DNA of 64,000 bases from contig CAXXHA010000011.1 of NCBI GenBank assembly GCA_963662265.2, positions 1-64,000 of the forward strand, given 5' to 3'. The notes under the pieces are model-generated. The model had not been told where the DNA came from. It did not search any database and worked only from the letters and a program-made list of their open reading frames with translations. The stretch comes from Spirochaetia bacterium (lineage in GTDB: Bacteria > Spirochaetota > Spirochaetia > CADAEX01). This document shows, one piece after another, positions 42,818-52,209 of this stretch (its first letter is position 1; each line of letters starts with the position of its first letter). A program made the position numbers and the translations under genes.

Positions 42818-43249
42818 TTGGATATTGCAACTAATTTATCAGCTATGGAAAAAAATAAAGTCCAGATGCAGGTAGACAGCTTTAATAAAAAAATAGCAGG
42901 GGAAAGAACTTATAAAAGCGAGCTTGATAAAGATGATTTTCTGAAAATTCTTCTTACACAGCTCACTCATCAGGATCCGACAAAGCCGATGGAAGACAAG
43001 CAGTTTATCGCGCAGATGGCCCAGTTTTCCTCTCTCGAACAGATGACTAACATGACAAAGGAATTCGGCCAGATGCAGAACATGGTTAAAGCCAATCATG
43101 CAGTGTCTCTGATCGGCAAGAGCGTCAATGTTGTTGATAATGGTGAAATGATTTCCGGTGTTGTTGAAGAAGTTTCAGGATATGAATATCCCCAGCTTCT
43201 TGTTAACGGTAAATACTACGATCTCGATAAAATAGAAAAAATCAGGTAA
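42818..43249 (+). CDS. flgD: Hook capping protein FlgD
   Basis: FLKILLTQLTHQDPTKPM..FIAQMAQFSSLEQ. Confidence 0.96.
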   Translation: MDIATNLSAMEKNKVQMQVDSFNKKIAGERTYKSELDKDDFLKILLTQLTHQDPTKPMEDKQFIAQMAQFSSLEQMTNMTKEFGQMQNMVKANHAVSLIGKSVNVVDNGEMISGVVEEVSGYEYPQLLVNGKYYDLDKIEKIR

Positions 43250-43261
43250 GGGGGCAGCTTT

Positions 43262-44650
43262 ATGATGCGATCATTATATTCCGGAGTTTCCGGTTTACAG
43301 AACCACCAGGTAAGAATGGATGTTATTGGTAATAACATTTCCAATGTAAATACAGTCGGTTTCAAAAAGGGAAGAGTTAATTTTCAGGATATGCTGTCCC
43401 AGTCAATGCAGGGTGCTGCAAAACCTACAGATGACCTTGGCGGGGTAAACCCCAAGCAGGTTGGTCTCGGTATGACAGTTGCATCAATTGATACAATTCA
43501 TACTCAGGGGTCCCTTCAGACAACAGGTGTTGCAACAGATATTGCTGTTCAGGGTAACGGTTTTTTCATCATGAAAAACGGCGAGAAGGAATTCTATACA
43601 AGAGCAGGTGCATTTGGTATTGATGAAGCAGGAACTTTTGTAAATCCTGCAAACGGTATGAAAGTACAGGGATGGATGGCTGAAACAATTGACGGACAGT
43701 CGTTTGTAAATACAGCAGCAGATCCAGGTGATATAACAATTCCTGTCGGAAGCAAGGATCCCGCATCAGCTACAAGCGAAGTATTTCTTGCATGTAACCT
43801 TGACAAGAGAACAGCGGAAATAGCAGAAGGTGCAGGACCTGCAGAAGTAAGAGAAGGCACATGGAGCATAGACAAGACAATCTATGACAGTTTTGGAAAC
43901 AAGCACACAATGAGCATAGACTTTACAAAAGTTCCCGGTGTAAACAACCAGTGGGAAGCGCAGATTTTTGTTGACAGGAATGCTGAAGCAGATACAGAAA
44001 CAGCTCTTGATATAGGAGCTGAAAACAATGAAGGCAATACTTTTATTGTTGAGTTCAGTAACCTTGGAATGCTTCTCGGGGCTGAAGATGAACAGGGCGA
44101 CAGGATTACAGAAGGGGAACTTCAGATACCTGTAAGCTTCAATGTCGCAGGGGCGACTGTGGAAGAAGGTGCTGAACCGGTAAGGCAGACATTCAACCTT
44201 AACCTGGGAACTGTTGGAAGTGCTGTAAACACTGTTACCCAGTTTGCAGAAAAAAGTTCCACAAAGGCATTCAAGCAGAACGGATATTCAATGGGATATC
44301 TTGAGAATTTCAAGATTGACCAGAGCGGTTATATAACAGGTGTTTATTCAAACGGAACAAACAGGACTATCGGACAGGTAGCTCTTGCAAGCTTTGTAAA
44401 TCCCGCAGGACTTGAAAAAGCGGGAGAAAGCACCTACGCGGTGACAAACAACTCAGGCGATGCAAATATAGGCGCTTCTGGAATCGCGGGTAAGGGTAAG
44501 TTTATTTCAGGTGCTCTTGAAATGAGTAATGTTGACCTTGCTGAACAGTTTACAGACATGATTGTCACACAGAGAGGTTTTCAGGCCAACTCGAAAACAA
44601 TACAGACTTCTGACCAGATGCTTCAGGAGCTTATGACACTCAAGAGATAA
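43262..44650 (+). CDS. flgE: Flagellar hook protein FlgE
   Basis: [13 protein letters not shown]; YTRAG; LEMSNVDLA; K165/C178. Confidence 0.97.
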   Translation: MMRSLYSGVSGLQNHQVRMDVIGNNISNVNTVGFKKGRVNFQDMLSQSMQGAAKPTDDLGGVNPKQVGLGMTVASIDTIHTQGSLQTTGVATDIAVQGNGFFIMKNGEKEFYTRAGAFGIDEAGTFVNPANGMKVQGWMAETIDGQSFVNTAADPGDITIPVGSKDPASATSEVFLACNLDKRTAEIAEGAGPAEVREGTWSIDKTIYDSFGNKHTMSIDFTKVPGVNNQWEAQIFVDRNAEADTETALDIGAENNEGNTFIVEFSNLGMLLGAEDEQGDRITEGELQIPVSFNVAGATVEEGAEPVRQTFNLNLGTVGSAVNTVTQFAEKSSTKAFKQNGYSMGYLENFKIDQSGYITGVYSNGTNRTIGQVALASFVNPAGLEKAGESTYAVTNNSGDANIGASGIAGKGKFISGALEMSNVDLAEQFTDMIVTQRGFQANSKTIQTSDQMLQELMTLKR

Positions 44651-44658
44651 ATTGAGAT

Positions 44659-44858
44659 GATTTACCCCTGAAAAGGGGTAAATCCCGTTAAACGGGGCAT
44701 AAACATCGTGTAAGATATTTTTTATATGTGCAATGCTGTTGAGCGGGAAATATAAAAGCCGGAATCGGGAAGTGTTTTTCTGCAGTATCCGGATACATGT
44801 TGCCGGTTTATTGAACCGGCGACCGGGCAAATATCAAGCCGGTATAATTTTTACCGGC
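44659..44858 (+). other. Series of inverted repeats after flgE
   Basis: GATTTACCCC/GGGGTAAATC; CCCGTT/AACGGG; GTATCCGGATAC; GCCGGTT/AACCGGC; GCCGGTA/TACCGGC. Confidence 0.65.
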
Positions 44859-44882
44859 AGTCAGGCGGGGAAGTGAATAAAT

Positions 44883-45080
44883 ATGGTAAGAGTAACCAGG
44901 CTTAACGGAACAGAATATTATATCAATCCTCACCAGATTGAATATATAGAAATGAATCCTGATACAACGCTTGTAATGCTTTCTGGGAAAAAGCTTGTTG
45001 TCAGAGAATCATATTATGATGTATTTGACAGAATTGTTGATTACAGAAAGCTGATCGGCTGTTTTAAAAACGAGGAGTAA
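44883..45080 (+). CDS. flbD: Flagellar protein FlbD
   Basis: MVRVTRLNG...INPHQIE...PDT. Confidence 0.93.
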   Translation: MVRVTRLNGTEYYINPHQIEYIEMNPDTTLVMLSGKKLVVRESYYDVFDRIVDYRKLIGCFKNEE

Positions 45081-45085
45081 TTTTA

Positions 45086-45871
45086 ATGGATATCGGAACA
45101 CTGGGTGGAATTGCCGGAGGATTTATACTCATAATCGGATCAATGTTTTTGAGCGGTGCTTCGCTTGGACTCTATATTGACCCCGGTTCAGCCGTAATGG
45201 TAATCGGAGGATCTTTCTGTGCACTCATGGTATCCAATCCTCTGCAGAGGGTCCTTGGAATAATGAACTACCTTAATCATGCTCTCAATGTAAAGGATTA
45301 CGGCAAAGAAAAACTTATTTCAACAATGGTTAGTTTTTCAGAGCAGGCAAGGCGTGAAGGCCTCCTTGCTCTTGAAGACAGTCTTGATGAACTTGAAGAT
45401 AAATTCATGGAAAAAGGACTCCGCCTGGTTGTTGACGGTACAGACCCGACACTTATTAAAAATATTCTTTACAATGAACTGAATCAGCTTGAAGAGAGAC
45501 ATGCCGTAGGAATCAAGATTTTTCAGGACTGGGGTGCTTTTGCCCCTGCTTTCGGTATGATCGGTACACTTCAGGGTCTTATTGCGATGATGGCGAGTCT
45601 CGGTGACCAGGCTGCTGTAGGTAAAGGTATGGCGCTGGCTCTTATTACAACATTCTACGGAGCGATTATTGCAAACCTCGTGCTTGTCCCTATAAAGAGC
45701 AAACTGGAAGACCGGGACAAGGAAGAGCTGATGGTTAAGGAAATCATGGTTGAAGGTATTCTTTCCATACAGTCGGGAGATAACCCGAGAATGGTAGAGG
45801 AAAAGCTGCTTGCATTCCTTGCTCCTGCAGAAAGAGAAACTGTAAGAGCTGAAACAGGAAGCGAACAGTAA
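45086..45871 (+). CDS. motA: Stator protein MotA
   Basis: ARREGLLALE, APAFGMIGT, TTFYG. Confidence 0.96.
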   Translation: MDIGTLGGIAGGFILIIGSMFLSGASLGLYIDPGSAVMVIGGSFCALMVSNPLQRVLGIMNYLNHALNVKDYGKEKLISTMVSFSEQARREGLLALEDSLDELEDKFMEKGLRLVVDGTDPTLIKNILYNELNQLEERHAVGIKIFQDWGAFAPAFGMIGTLQGLIAMMASLGDQAAVGKGMALALITTFYGAIIANLVLVPIKSKLEDRDKEELMVKEIMVEGILSIQSGDNPRMVEEKLLAFLAPAERETVRAETGSEQ

Positions 45872-45927
45872 TAATTCCCTTTATATAAAAAGGGCAATTA
45901 AGCATTTTTCCGGAATAGAAACCAGGT

Positions 45928-45955
45928 TAATCACCTGTGGATTTTATTCCGATAA
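45928..45955 (+). promoter_or_regulatory. Candidate sigma-28 promoter between motA and motB
   Basis: TAAT-16 nt-TCCGATAA, same boxes as upstream of flgB. Confidence 0.45.
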
Positions 45956-46015
45956 CTATTATAGGGATGATTGCTTTACGAGAGCAATCTCAATCAAGTA
46001 AGCAGGCAGGAAAGT

Positions 46016-46747
46016 ATGGCTAAAGAAAAGAAAAAAAAGTGTCCCCCCGAAGGTGCCCCTGAATGGATGGTTACTTTCAGTGATATGACAACTCTTCTTC
46101 TTACATTCTTCGTAATGATGTTTACAACAGCCACAGTTGACGGATCAGATATAAGACTGATTCTTTCTGCATTTCAGGGACTGGGAGCGCTTTCCGGTGG
46201 TAATACTCTTGATGCGGAAGGCAAGCTTGCGGAACTTGGAAATAATATAATGTCCATGCCGTCACGCCAGACAGGTAAATCCCTGGACAGGGCAAAAAAG
46301 CTTGCAATTTCACTGTTCCAGCCTGAGATAAAAAGCAGGAAGGTGAGGATTACCGAAGATGAAAGAGGTCTTGTCATATCACTTTCGGCTGATGCTTTTT
46401 TCAGGCCTGCAAGTGCGGAACTTAATATTGAAGAGGCAAGAACGACAATACAGAATATTTCCAACCTGATGAATTCAGAAATAATGACAGGCCGAAAATT
46501 CCGGATAGAAGGGCATACAGACAGTATGCCGACTGATGAAAACGGAAGATGGCGGAGCAACTGGGAACTTTCCACAGCCAGGGCCAACAACATTGTTCAT
46601 TATCTGCGTGATTTTAATGTAGATGAAAAGAAGCTGCAGGTCGCAGGATTCGCCGATACTGTTCCGCTTGCTACTAACGAAACAGAAGAAGGAAGAGCTT
46701 ATAACAGAAGAGTTGATATAATCCTTCTTACAGGCGGTCACCTTTGA
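46016..46747 (+). CDS. motB: Stator protein MotB
   Basis: WMVTFSDMTTLLL; OmpA-like GHTD, NWELS, NRRV. Confidence 0.96.
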   Translation: MAKEKKKKCPPEGAPEWMVTFSDMTTLLLTFFVMMFTTATVDGSDIRLILSAFQGLGALSGGNTLDAEGKLAELGNNIMSMPSRQTGKSLDRAKKLAISLFQPEIKSRKVRITEDERGLVISLSADAFFRPASAELNIEEARTTIQNISNLMNSEIMTGRKFRIEGHTDSMPTDENGRWRSNWELSTARANNIVHYLRDFNVDEKKLQVAGFADTVPLATNETEEGRAYNRRVDIILLTGGHL

Positions 46748-46766
46748 TGGTAAAAATAGAAAATGT

Positions 46767-46795
46767 TTGCAAATATTGGATATTTTTGATAAAAT
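46767..46795 (+). promoter_or_regulatory. Candidate sigma-70 promoter for fliL
   Basis: TTGCAA-17 nt-TAAAAT with extended -10 TG. Confidence 0.55.
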
Positions 46796-46825
46796 TCAAT
46801 AATTATTTAAATCAGGAGATTAAAA

Positions 46826-47392
46826 ATGCCTGAAGATTATGATCTTGATCTTGAAAATTCCGGTGCTATTTCTGAAGAGGAAGAGATTGGAAAAAAGAAA
46901 ATAGGTTTTCTTCCTGCAATAGTAATAAAAATACTTAAATGGGTAGCTTTTGTTCTGGTTGCAGTTGTCTTTATAGTAACAGTTGTTGTTGTTACACTTA
47001 AAATTATGAATCCGGTTGCCAGCACCCCGGATTACTACTATGATACTCAGGAACTGAGAAATACACTGCCGAATCTTCAGTGGTACAATGTCGGTGAAAA
47101 TGATATCAGATGCAGAACTGCGGATATTGATAAAAAAGTTATTCTCATAGTAAAAGTATCTGTAGGTTTTAATGCAAAATCAAAAGAACTTCACCAGGAG
47201 CTTATCGAGAAAACTCCTAAACTGCGTGATGAGATAAGGGTGTTTTTCGGTGAAAAAATGGGGGATGATCTCCTACCAAAGGATGAAGTCAAAGTCAAGG
47301 AAGAACTTAAACGGAGAATAAACAGGATGCTCAGCGGAAGCGAAAGGGTCCAGGATGTTATTTTCACAGATTTCAACATGGTTGAATTTTAA
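46826..47392 (+). CDS. fliL: Flagellar protein FliL
   Basis: Single TM; LRDEIR; VIFTDF; lies between motB and fliM. Confidence 0.9.
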   Translation: MPEDYDLDLENSGAISEEEEIGKKKIGFLPAIVIKILKWVAFVLVAVVFIVTVVVVTLKIMNPVASTPDYYYDTQELRNTLPNLQWYNVGENDIRCRTADIDKKVILIVKVSVGFNAKSKELHQELIEKTPKLRDEIRVFFGEKMGDDLLPKDEVKVKEELKRRINRMLSGSERVQDVIFTDFNMVEF

Positions 47393-47412
47393 AAAAGGAC
47401 AGACTTTAAAAT

Positions 47413-48438
47413 ATGACAGATATATTGTCACAGAATGAGATAGATCAGTTACTCACCGCTTTTACAACAGGGGATATCGAATCCGAAGATGTCTCCCAGG
47501 TAAATGATCAGAGAAAGATAAAGATATATGACTTCAAAAGACCTGACAAATTCTCAAAAGAGCAGATACGAACTGTATCTATCATGCATGAGACATTTGC
47601 CCGTCTTACAACAACATCTTTATCTGCGCAGCTGCGGAGTCTCATTCATGTGCATGTTGCATCTGTAGACCAGCTGACTTACGAGGAATTTATAAGATCA
47701 ATTCCGAACCAGACAACAATTGCAGTAATCAACATGGACCCCCTTAAAGGGTCAGCAATACTTGAAATAGATCCATCTGTTACCTTTTCGATTATTGAAA
47801 GGCTTTTCGGAGGCCAGGGAGAAGGTACAAAGATAAACAGGGAGCTTTCAGATATTGAGCAGTCTGTAATGGAAGGTGTTATTGTAAGAATTCTGGGTAA
47901 CATGAGGGAAGCCTGGAGCCAGGTTGTTGATTTAAGACCAAGGCTTGGCCAGATTGAAACAAATCCCCAGTTTGCACAGATAGTACCTCCAACAGAAATG
48001 GTTGTTCTGGTAACACTTGAAACAAAAGTAGGTGAAGTTGAAGGGATGATGAATTTCTGTATTCCCTACCTGACAATCGAACCAATTATTTCAAAGCTTT
48101 CCGCACAGTACTGGTATTCTTCTGTAAGAAGGGGAACTACAACTGAAAACCTCAATATTCTGCGTGAAAGACTTTCAACTGTAAATGTGGATGTTGTAGC
48201 CGAGATCGGGAAAATAGATATTGCGGTCAGGGACGCTCTTGCACTTGCCGTAGGAGATGTAATAAGGCTTCAGAATGTAAGAGTTACTGATGAAATGAAG
48301 CTTAAACTCGGAAACAGGCCGAAATTTTTATGCAGACCCGGTGTTGTCGGGAATAAAATTGCTGTGCAGATAACCAAGAAACTTGAAGATTTCACCAAAG
48401 AGGAATTTGAAGAATTAACAGCAGAAGGAGATGAGTAG
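47413..48438 (+). CDS. fliM: Motor switch protein FliM
   Basis: LSQNEIDQLL; YDFKRPDKFSKEQ. Confidence 0.97.
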   Translation: MTDILSQNEIDQLLTAFTTGDIESEDVSQVNDQRKIKIYDFKRPDKFSKEQIRTVSIMHETFARLTTTSLSAQLRSLIHVHVASVDQLTYEEFIRSIPNQTTIAVINMDPLKGSAILEIDPSVTFSIIERLFGGQGEGTKINRELSDIEQSVMEGVIVRILGNMREAWSQVVDLRPRLGQIETNPQFAQIVPPTEMVVLVTLETKVGEVEGMMNFCIPYLTIEPIISKLSAQYWYSSVRRGTTTENLNILRERLSTVNVDVVAEIGKIDIAVRDALALAVGDVIRLQNVRVTDEMKLKLGNRPKFLCRPGVVGNKIAVQITKKLEDFTKEEFEELTAEGDE

Positions 48439-49615
48439 TATGAGTGATGGCGCTCTTTCTCAGGATGAAATAGATGCTTTGATGAGCGGCGGCTCTGGGG
48501 GCGGATTTGATTTCGGTGGAGATCCAGCATCAGGCGGTGCACCGGCATCTGGCGGTGGTTTGACAGATACAGAAAAACAGGATTTTCAGAATCTGGTTAA
48601 CTCTGTCACTGAAACACAGGCAGCGACTCTTACAGGTATGATGGGCAAGACTGTATCAATACAGGGCGCTTCTGTCGAAGTTATTGACGGCTCATCTGTT
48701 GCCTCATCTCTGGACGGTAATTTTATAAGAATAAACTCTTCATTTACCGACGGAATTACAGGATACCATTCATATGTTATACCTGAAGAACTGTCAAAGT
48801 CTATTGCTGCAAACCTGACAGGCCTTGAACAGGTCGATCTTGATGAAGCTGCAATGTCTGCAATAAGTGAAGCGATAAATACAATAGCAGGGTCAGCACT
48901 GACAGCCTTCGGTGACAAGAAAAATATAACAATAATGACAGAACCTGCAGCAGCAGATCTTAAAAGCGCTGCTGATTCAGATATACAGCCGGGATCACTT
49001 GCAAAGGTTACATTTCCTGTGACAGTGGAAGGGGAGAATCCCTCTTCCTTCTTTGAACTTTTTGATATTTCGGCAGTAAAATCCCTTGTGCAGTCGGAAG
49101 CAGCTTCCCAGCAGCCTCAGGCAGCCGGAGCAGGAGATGTGGATGACCTTCTTTCCGGGCTTGGTATGGGAACTTCTCCCCAGCAGGGAGGCGGAATGGC
49201 TGCAGGAATGGGCAGCATGGGCGGCGGAGCTGCAGGCGGCATGGGAGACATGGGATTCGGTGCAATGGGCGGCGGAATGCAGGCGCCTTCGCAGAGTATA
49301 AATGTACAGAATGTACAGTATCCGCCTCTTTCAGGCGGAAGCATGGATTCAGAGCAGGGAAATATCAGTCTTCTCATGGATGTAAACATGGAGATGACTG
49401 TAGAACTCGGCCGTACCAAGAAACCTATCAGGGAAATCCTGAGTATGGGTGAAGGAACAATTATCGAGCTTGATAAACTGGCTGGTGAGCCAGTAGATAT
49501 ACTTGTAAATCATAAGCTGATTGCAAACGGAGAGGTTGTTGTAATTGATGAAAACTTCGGTGTGCGTGTAACAAAGATTGTTTCACCGAATGCCGGTCTT
49601 ACAGACCTTTCTTAA
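48431..49615 (+). CDS. fliY: Motor switch protein FliY (CheC-like plus FliN domain)
   Basis: LSQDEIDAL; SEAIN; C-terminal VELGRT..GEVVVIDENFGVR. Confidence 0.9.
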   Translation: MSSMSDGALSQDEIDALMSGGSGGGFDFGGDPASGGAPASGGGLTDTEKQDFQNLVNSVTETQAATLTGMMGKTVSIQGASVEVIDGSSVASSLDGNFIRINSSFTDGITGYHSYVIPEELSKSIAANLTGLEQVDLDEAAMSAISEAINTIAGSALTAFGDKKNITIMTEPAAADLKSAADSDIQPGSLAKVTFPVTVEGENPSSFFELFDISAVKSLVQSEAASQQPQAAGAGDVDDLLSGLGMGTSPQQGGGMAAGMGSMGGGAAGGMGDMGFGAMGGGMQAPSQSINVQNVQYPPLSGGSMDSEQGNISLLMDVNMEMTVELGRTKKPIREILSMGEGTIIELDKLAGEPVDILVNHKLIANGEVVVIDENFGVRVTKIVSPNAGLTDLS

Positions 49616-49707
49616 TGCCTTTGTACTGAATGTATAAGATCAGGTATAAATATATGTGATCTTATACAGATGCACTTAAGGGGCAGATGTCATTAACTGG
49701 GGGGGGA

Positions 49708-50313
49708 ATGACAAAACGTATAATATTTCTTTTCATAATACTCTTTATCTCATCTCTTAACCTGCTGTTTTCACAGGAAACTGTAAATTCCGGTGAACAG
49801 TCAGAAAATATCGAAGAATCATTTAAGATAACCGATACGGAAGAACAGGTTGCAGGAAATAATCAGAATAACAGCGATACAAGCCTTGTGACATTTACTG
49901 TATGGGATTTTCTCAGGATGGTACTTGTAATTATATTTGTAGCCGCATGTATTTACGGCCTTATATTCCTGCTGAAGAAAGCATCTACAGGGCATTTTGA
50001 TGAATCAGATCTTATCAATATTATTTCCAGTAAAACAGTAACAGCCGGCAAGACTCTTCACATAGTTGAAGTAGGCAACCAGATGATGCTTCTCGGAATT
50101 TCAGACGATTCAATTACCCATATTGCAGATATTACAGACAAGGAAACTTATGAAAGGATAAAGCTTTACAAGGGAGAAAATAAGACACCGACAGGAGATT
50201 CCTTTTACAGTTACCTGTCAAAAGTTATAAGTCCGGGCAGGAAAAAATCAAAAAAAGCCAATAATCTGGGCAGCATGCTTGATAAACAGAAAAAGCGGAT
50301 GGAAAAACTTTAA
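49708..50313 (+). CDS. fliO: Flagellar biosynthesis protein FliO/FliZ
   Basis: Signal peptide plus TM; LHIVEVG; precedes fliP. Confidence 0.85.
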   Translation: MTKRIIFLFIILFISSLNLLFSQETVNSGEQSENIEESFKITDTEEQVAGNNQNNSDTSLVTFTVWDFLRMVLVIIFVAACIYGLIFLLKKASTGHFDESDLINIISSKTVTAGKTLHIVEVGNQMMLLGISDDSITHIADITDKETYERIKLYKGENKTPTGDSFYSYLSKVISPGRKKSKKANNLGSMLDKQKKRMEKL

Positions 50314-50347
50314 AATATAATCTGCTGATTTTCATGACGGGGGGGGA

Positions 50348-51133
50348 ATGAAAAAAGTTTTATTTATAATAATTTTTGCACTGGTTACTCTAAGTACTGC
50401 ATTCGGGCAGGAAAGAACTATCCAGGGGCAGGATACAGACGGCAATGCACTGACAATACCATTTGTCGATATAGCTGTCAGGCAGCCTGAATCAAACCAG
50501 GAGGTGGCCCTGTCAATACAGCTCCTGATGCTGCTTGCGGTAATCACGCTTTCACCTTCAATTATACTTCTGACAACCTCATTCCTCCGTATTGCAGTTG
50601 TTTTTGACTTCATAAAAAGAGCTCTGTCTCTTCAGCAGGTCCCTCCGAACCAGGTTCTTATGGGAATTGCACTTTTTCTGACTGTTTTTATCATGTGGCC
50701 GACATTCACAGAAGTTTATGATAATTCGCTGAAGCCTTTTTCAGACGGGGAAATAGGACTTGAGGAGATGTATCAGAGGGCAGAACAGCCGGTTAGAATA
50801 TTCATGTTCCGCCAGATGCAGAACCATCCTGAAAATATCAAACTTTTCATGAATATGAGAGGGCTGCCCAAGCCCAACAATCTTTCGGAAGTGCCTACAT
50901 ATGTTCTTATTCCCGCGTATGTTCTTAATGAACTTACAATAGCATTCAAGATAGGGATACTTCTTTTTATTCCGTTTATTGTCATTGATATGATTGTCGC
51001 ATCAACACTCATGTCAATGGGTATGATAATGCTTCCCCCGGTAATGATTTCACTGCCTTTCAAACTGATACTTTTTGTACTTGTTGACGGCTGGAGTCTT
51101 ATAACCGGGCAGATAGTAAAAAGCTTTTTATAG
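50348..51133 (+). CDS. fliP: Export gate protein FliP
   Basis: QVPPNQVL; MGMIMLPP; LFVLVDGW. Confidence 0.97.
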   Translation: MKKVLFIIIFALVTLSTAFGQERTIQGQDTDGNALTIPFVDIAVRQPESNQEVALSIQLLMLLAVITLSPSIILLTTSFLRIAVVFDFIKRALSLQQVPPNQVLMGIALFLTVFIMWPTFTEVYDNSLKPFSDGEIGLEEMYQRAEQPVRIFMFRQMQNHPENIKLFMNMRGLPKPNNLSEVPTYVLIPAYVLNELTIAFKIGILLFIPFIVIDMIVASTLMSMGMIMLPPVMISLPFKLILFVLVDGWSLITGQIVKSFL

Positions 51134-51145
51134 GGGGTGTAGAAG

Positions 51146-51415
51146 ATGGATTTAGGATTCGCAGTTTATGTTTTCAGAAACTCAATTGTTCAGCTTATTA
51201 TGATGGCATCTCCTATTCTTATGATAGGTATGATAGTCGGGCTTGTTATTTCCATTATTCAGGCGACTACATCTCTTCAGGAGCAGACACTTACATTTGT
51301 TCCTAAAATTATCGCGATTCTCGGGACAATTATATTTCTGGGCCCCTGGATAATGGGGTCAATGCAGCAGTTTGCTGTAAGAATCATTACAATGATACCG
51401 GATATGGTTAAATAG
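51146..51415 (+). CDS. fliQ: Export gate protein FliQ
   Basis: QATTSLQEQTLTFVPK. Confidence 0.97.
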   Translation: MDLGFAVYVFRNSIVQLIMMASPILMIGMIVGLVISIIQATTSLQEQTLTFVPKIIAILGTIIFLGPWIMGSMQQFAVRIITMIPDMVK

Positions 51416-51417
51416 GC

Positions 51418-52209
51418 ATGTTTTTCAATACTCTTGCGGAAAATTCACAGTTATTTTTTCTCGTTTTTGTAAGGGTATTTGCACTTGTTACCATAGCTCC
51501 GCTGCTTTCATCAACTGCTTTCCCTGCAATTGTAAGGGCTGCTCTTGCCCTCTTCACAGCTGTTGCTGTTTTTCCCGAAGTCCTTGCTTCAGGTTATCCT
51601 ATTCCTGTATCAGGGCTTGGGTACGGTGCTCTCCTTGTAGGCGAGGCAGGGATCGGAATTCTCACAGGTTTTTTCCTTCAGCTGATATTTACTTCATTCC
51701 TTGTCGCTGGACAGTTTTTTTCAATGCAGATGGGTTTCGGTGCATCAGTGGTATTCGATCCTCTTGCACAGATACAGATACCTATAATGGGACAGCTTCT
51801 CAACAACTTTGCGATGTTTGTCTTTATAACTGCAGGGGGATTCTACAAGGTATTTCTTACAGGAGTTATAAGATCTTTCCAGTCTCTGAATGCATACACA
51901 GTAATGACGCAGAAGGAACACCTCTTTACAATGTCGCTTACAGGTATCTCAAAGCTTTTTGAGCAGGCTCTGATAATAGCTATGCCTATACTGGGAACGC
52001 TGTTTCTCATATCAGTATCGACAGGACTGCTTGCAAAGGCTGCGCCCCAGATGAACCTGCTCATGATGGGGTTTCCTATTGCAATCCTTACAGCTTATGT
52101 GATTATTTTCCTGAGCCTGCCGTTTATGATAGGGAAGTTTTCGGTGATAATTGACAACAGCTTCTCTGAGGTCATGAGATGGTATTCTCTTTACAGGGGG
52201 AACGGATGA
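51418..52209 (+). CDS. fliR: Export gate protein FliR
   Basis: QMGFG..DP; KAAPQMN..GFP. Confidence 0.96.
   Translation: MFFNTLAENSQLFFLVFVRVFALVTIAPLLSSTAFPAIVRAALALFTAVAVFPEVLASGYPIPVSGLGYGALLVGEAGIGILTGFFLQLIFTSFLVAGQFFSMQMGFGASVVFDPLAQIQIPIMGQLLNNFAMFVFITAGGFYKVFLTGVIRSFQSLNAYTVMTQKEHLFTMSLTGISKLFEQALIIAMPILGTLFLISVSTGLLAKAAPQMNLLMMGFPIAILTAYVIIFLSLPFMIGKFSVIIDNSFSEVMRWYSLYRGNG

Noticed and set aside
49190-49280. Repetitive GGC/ATG tract in fliY
   Set aside because: Encodes an ordinary Gly/Met-rich linker.
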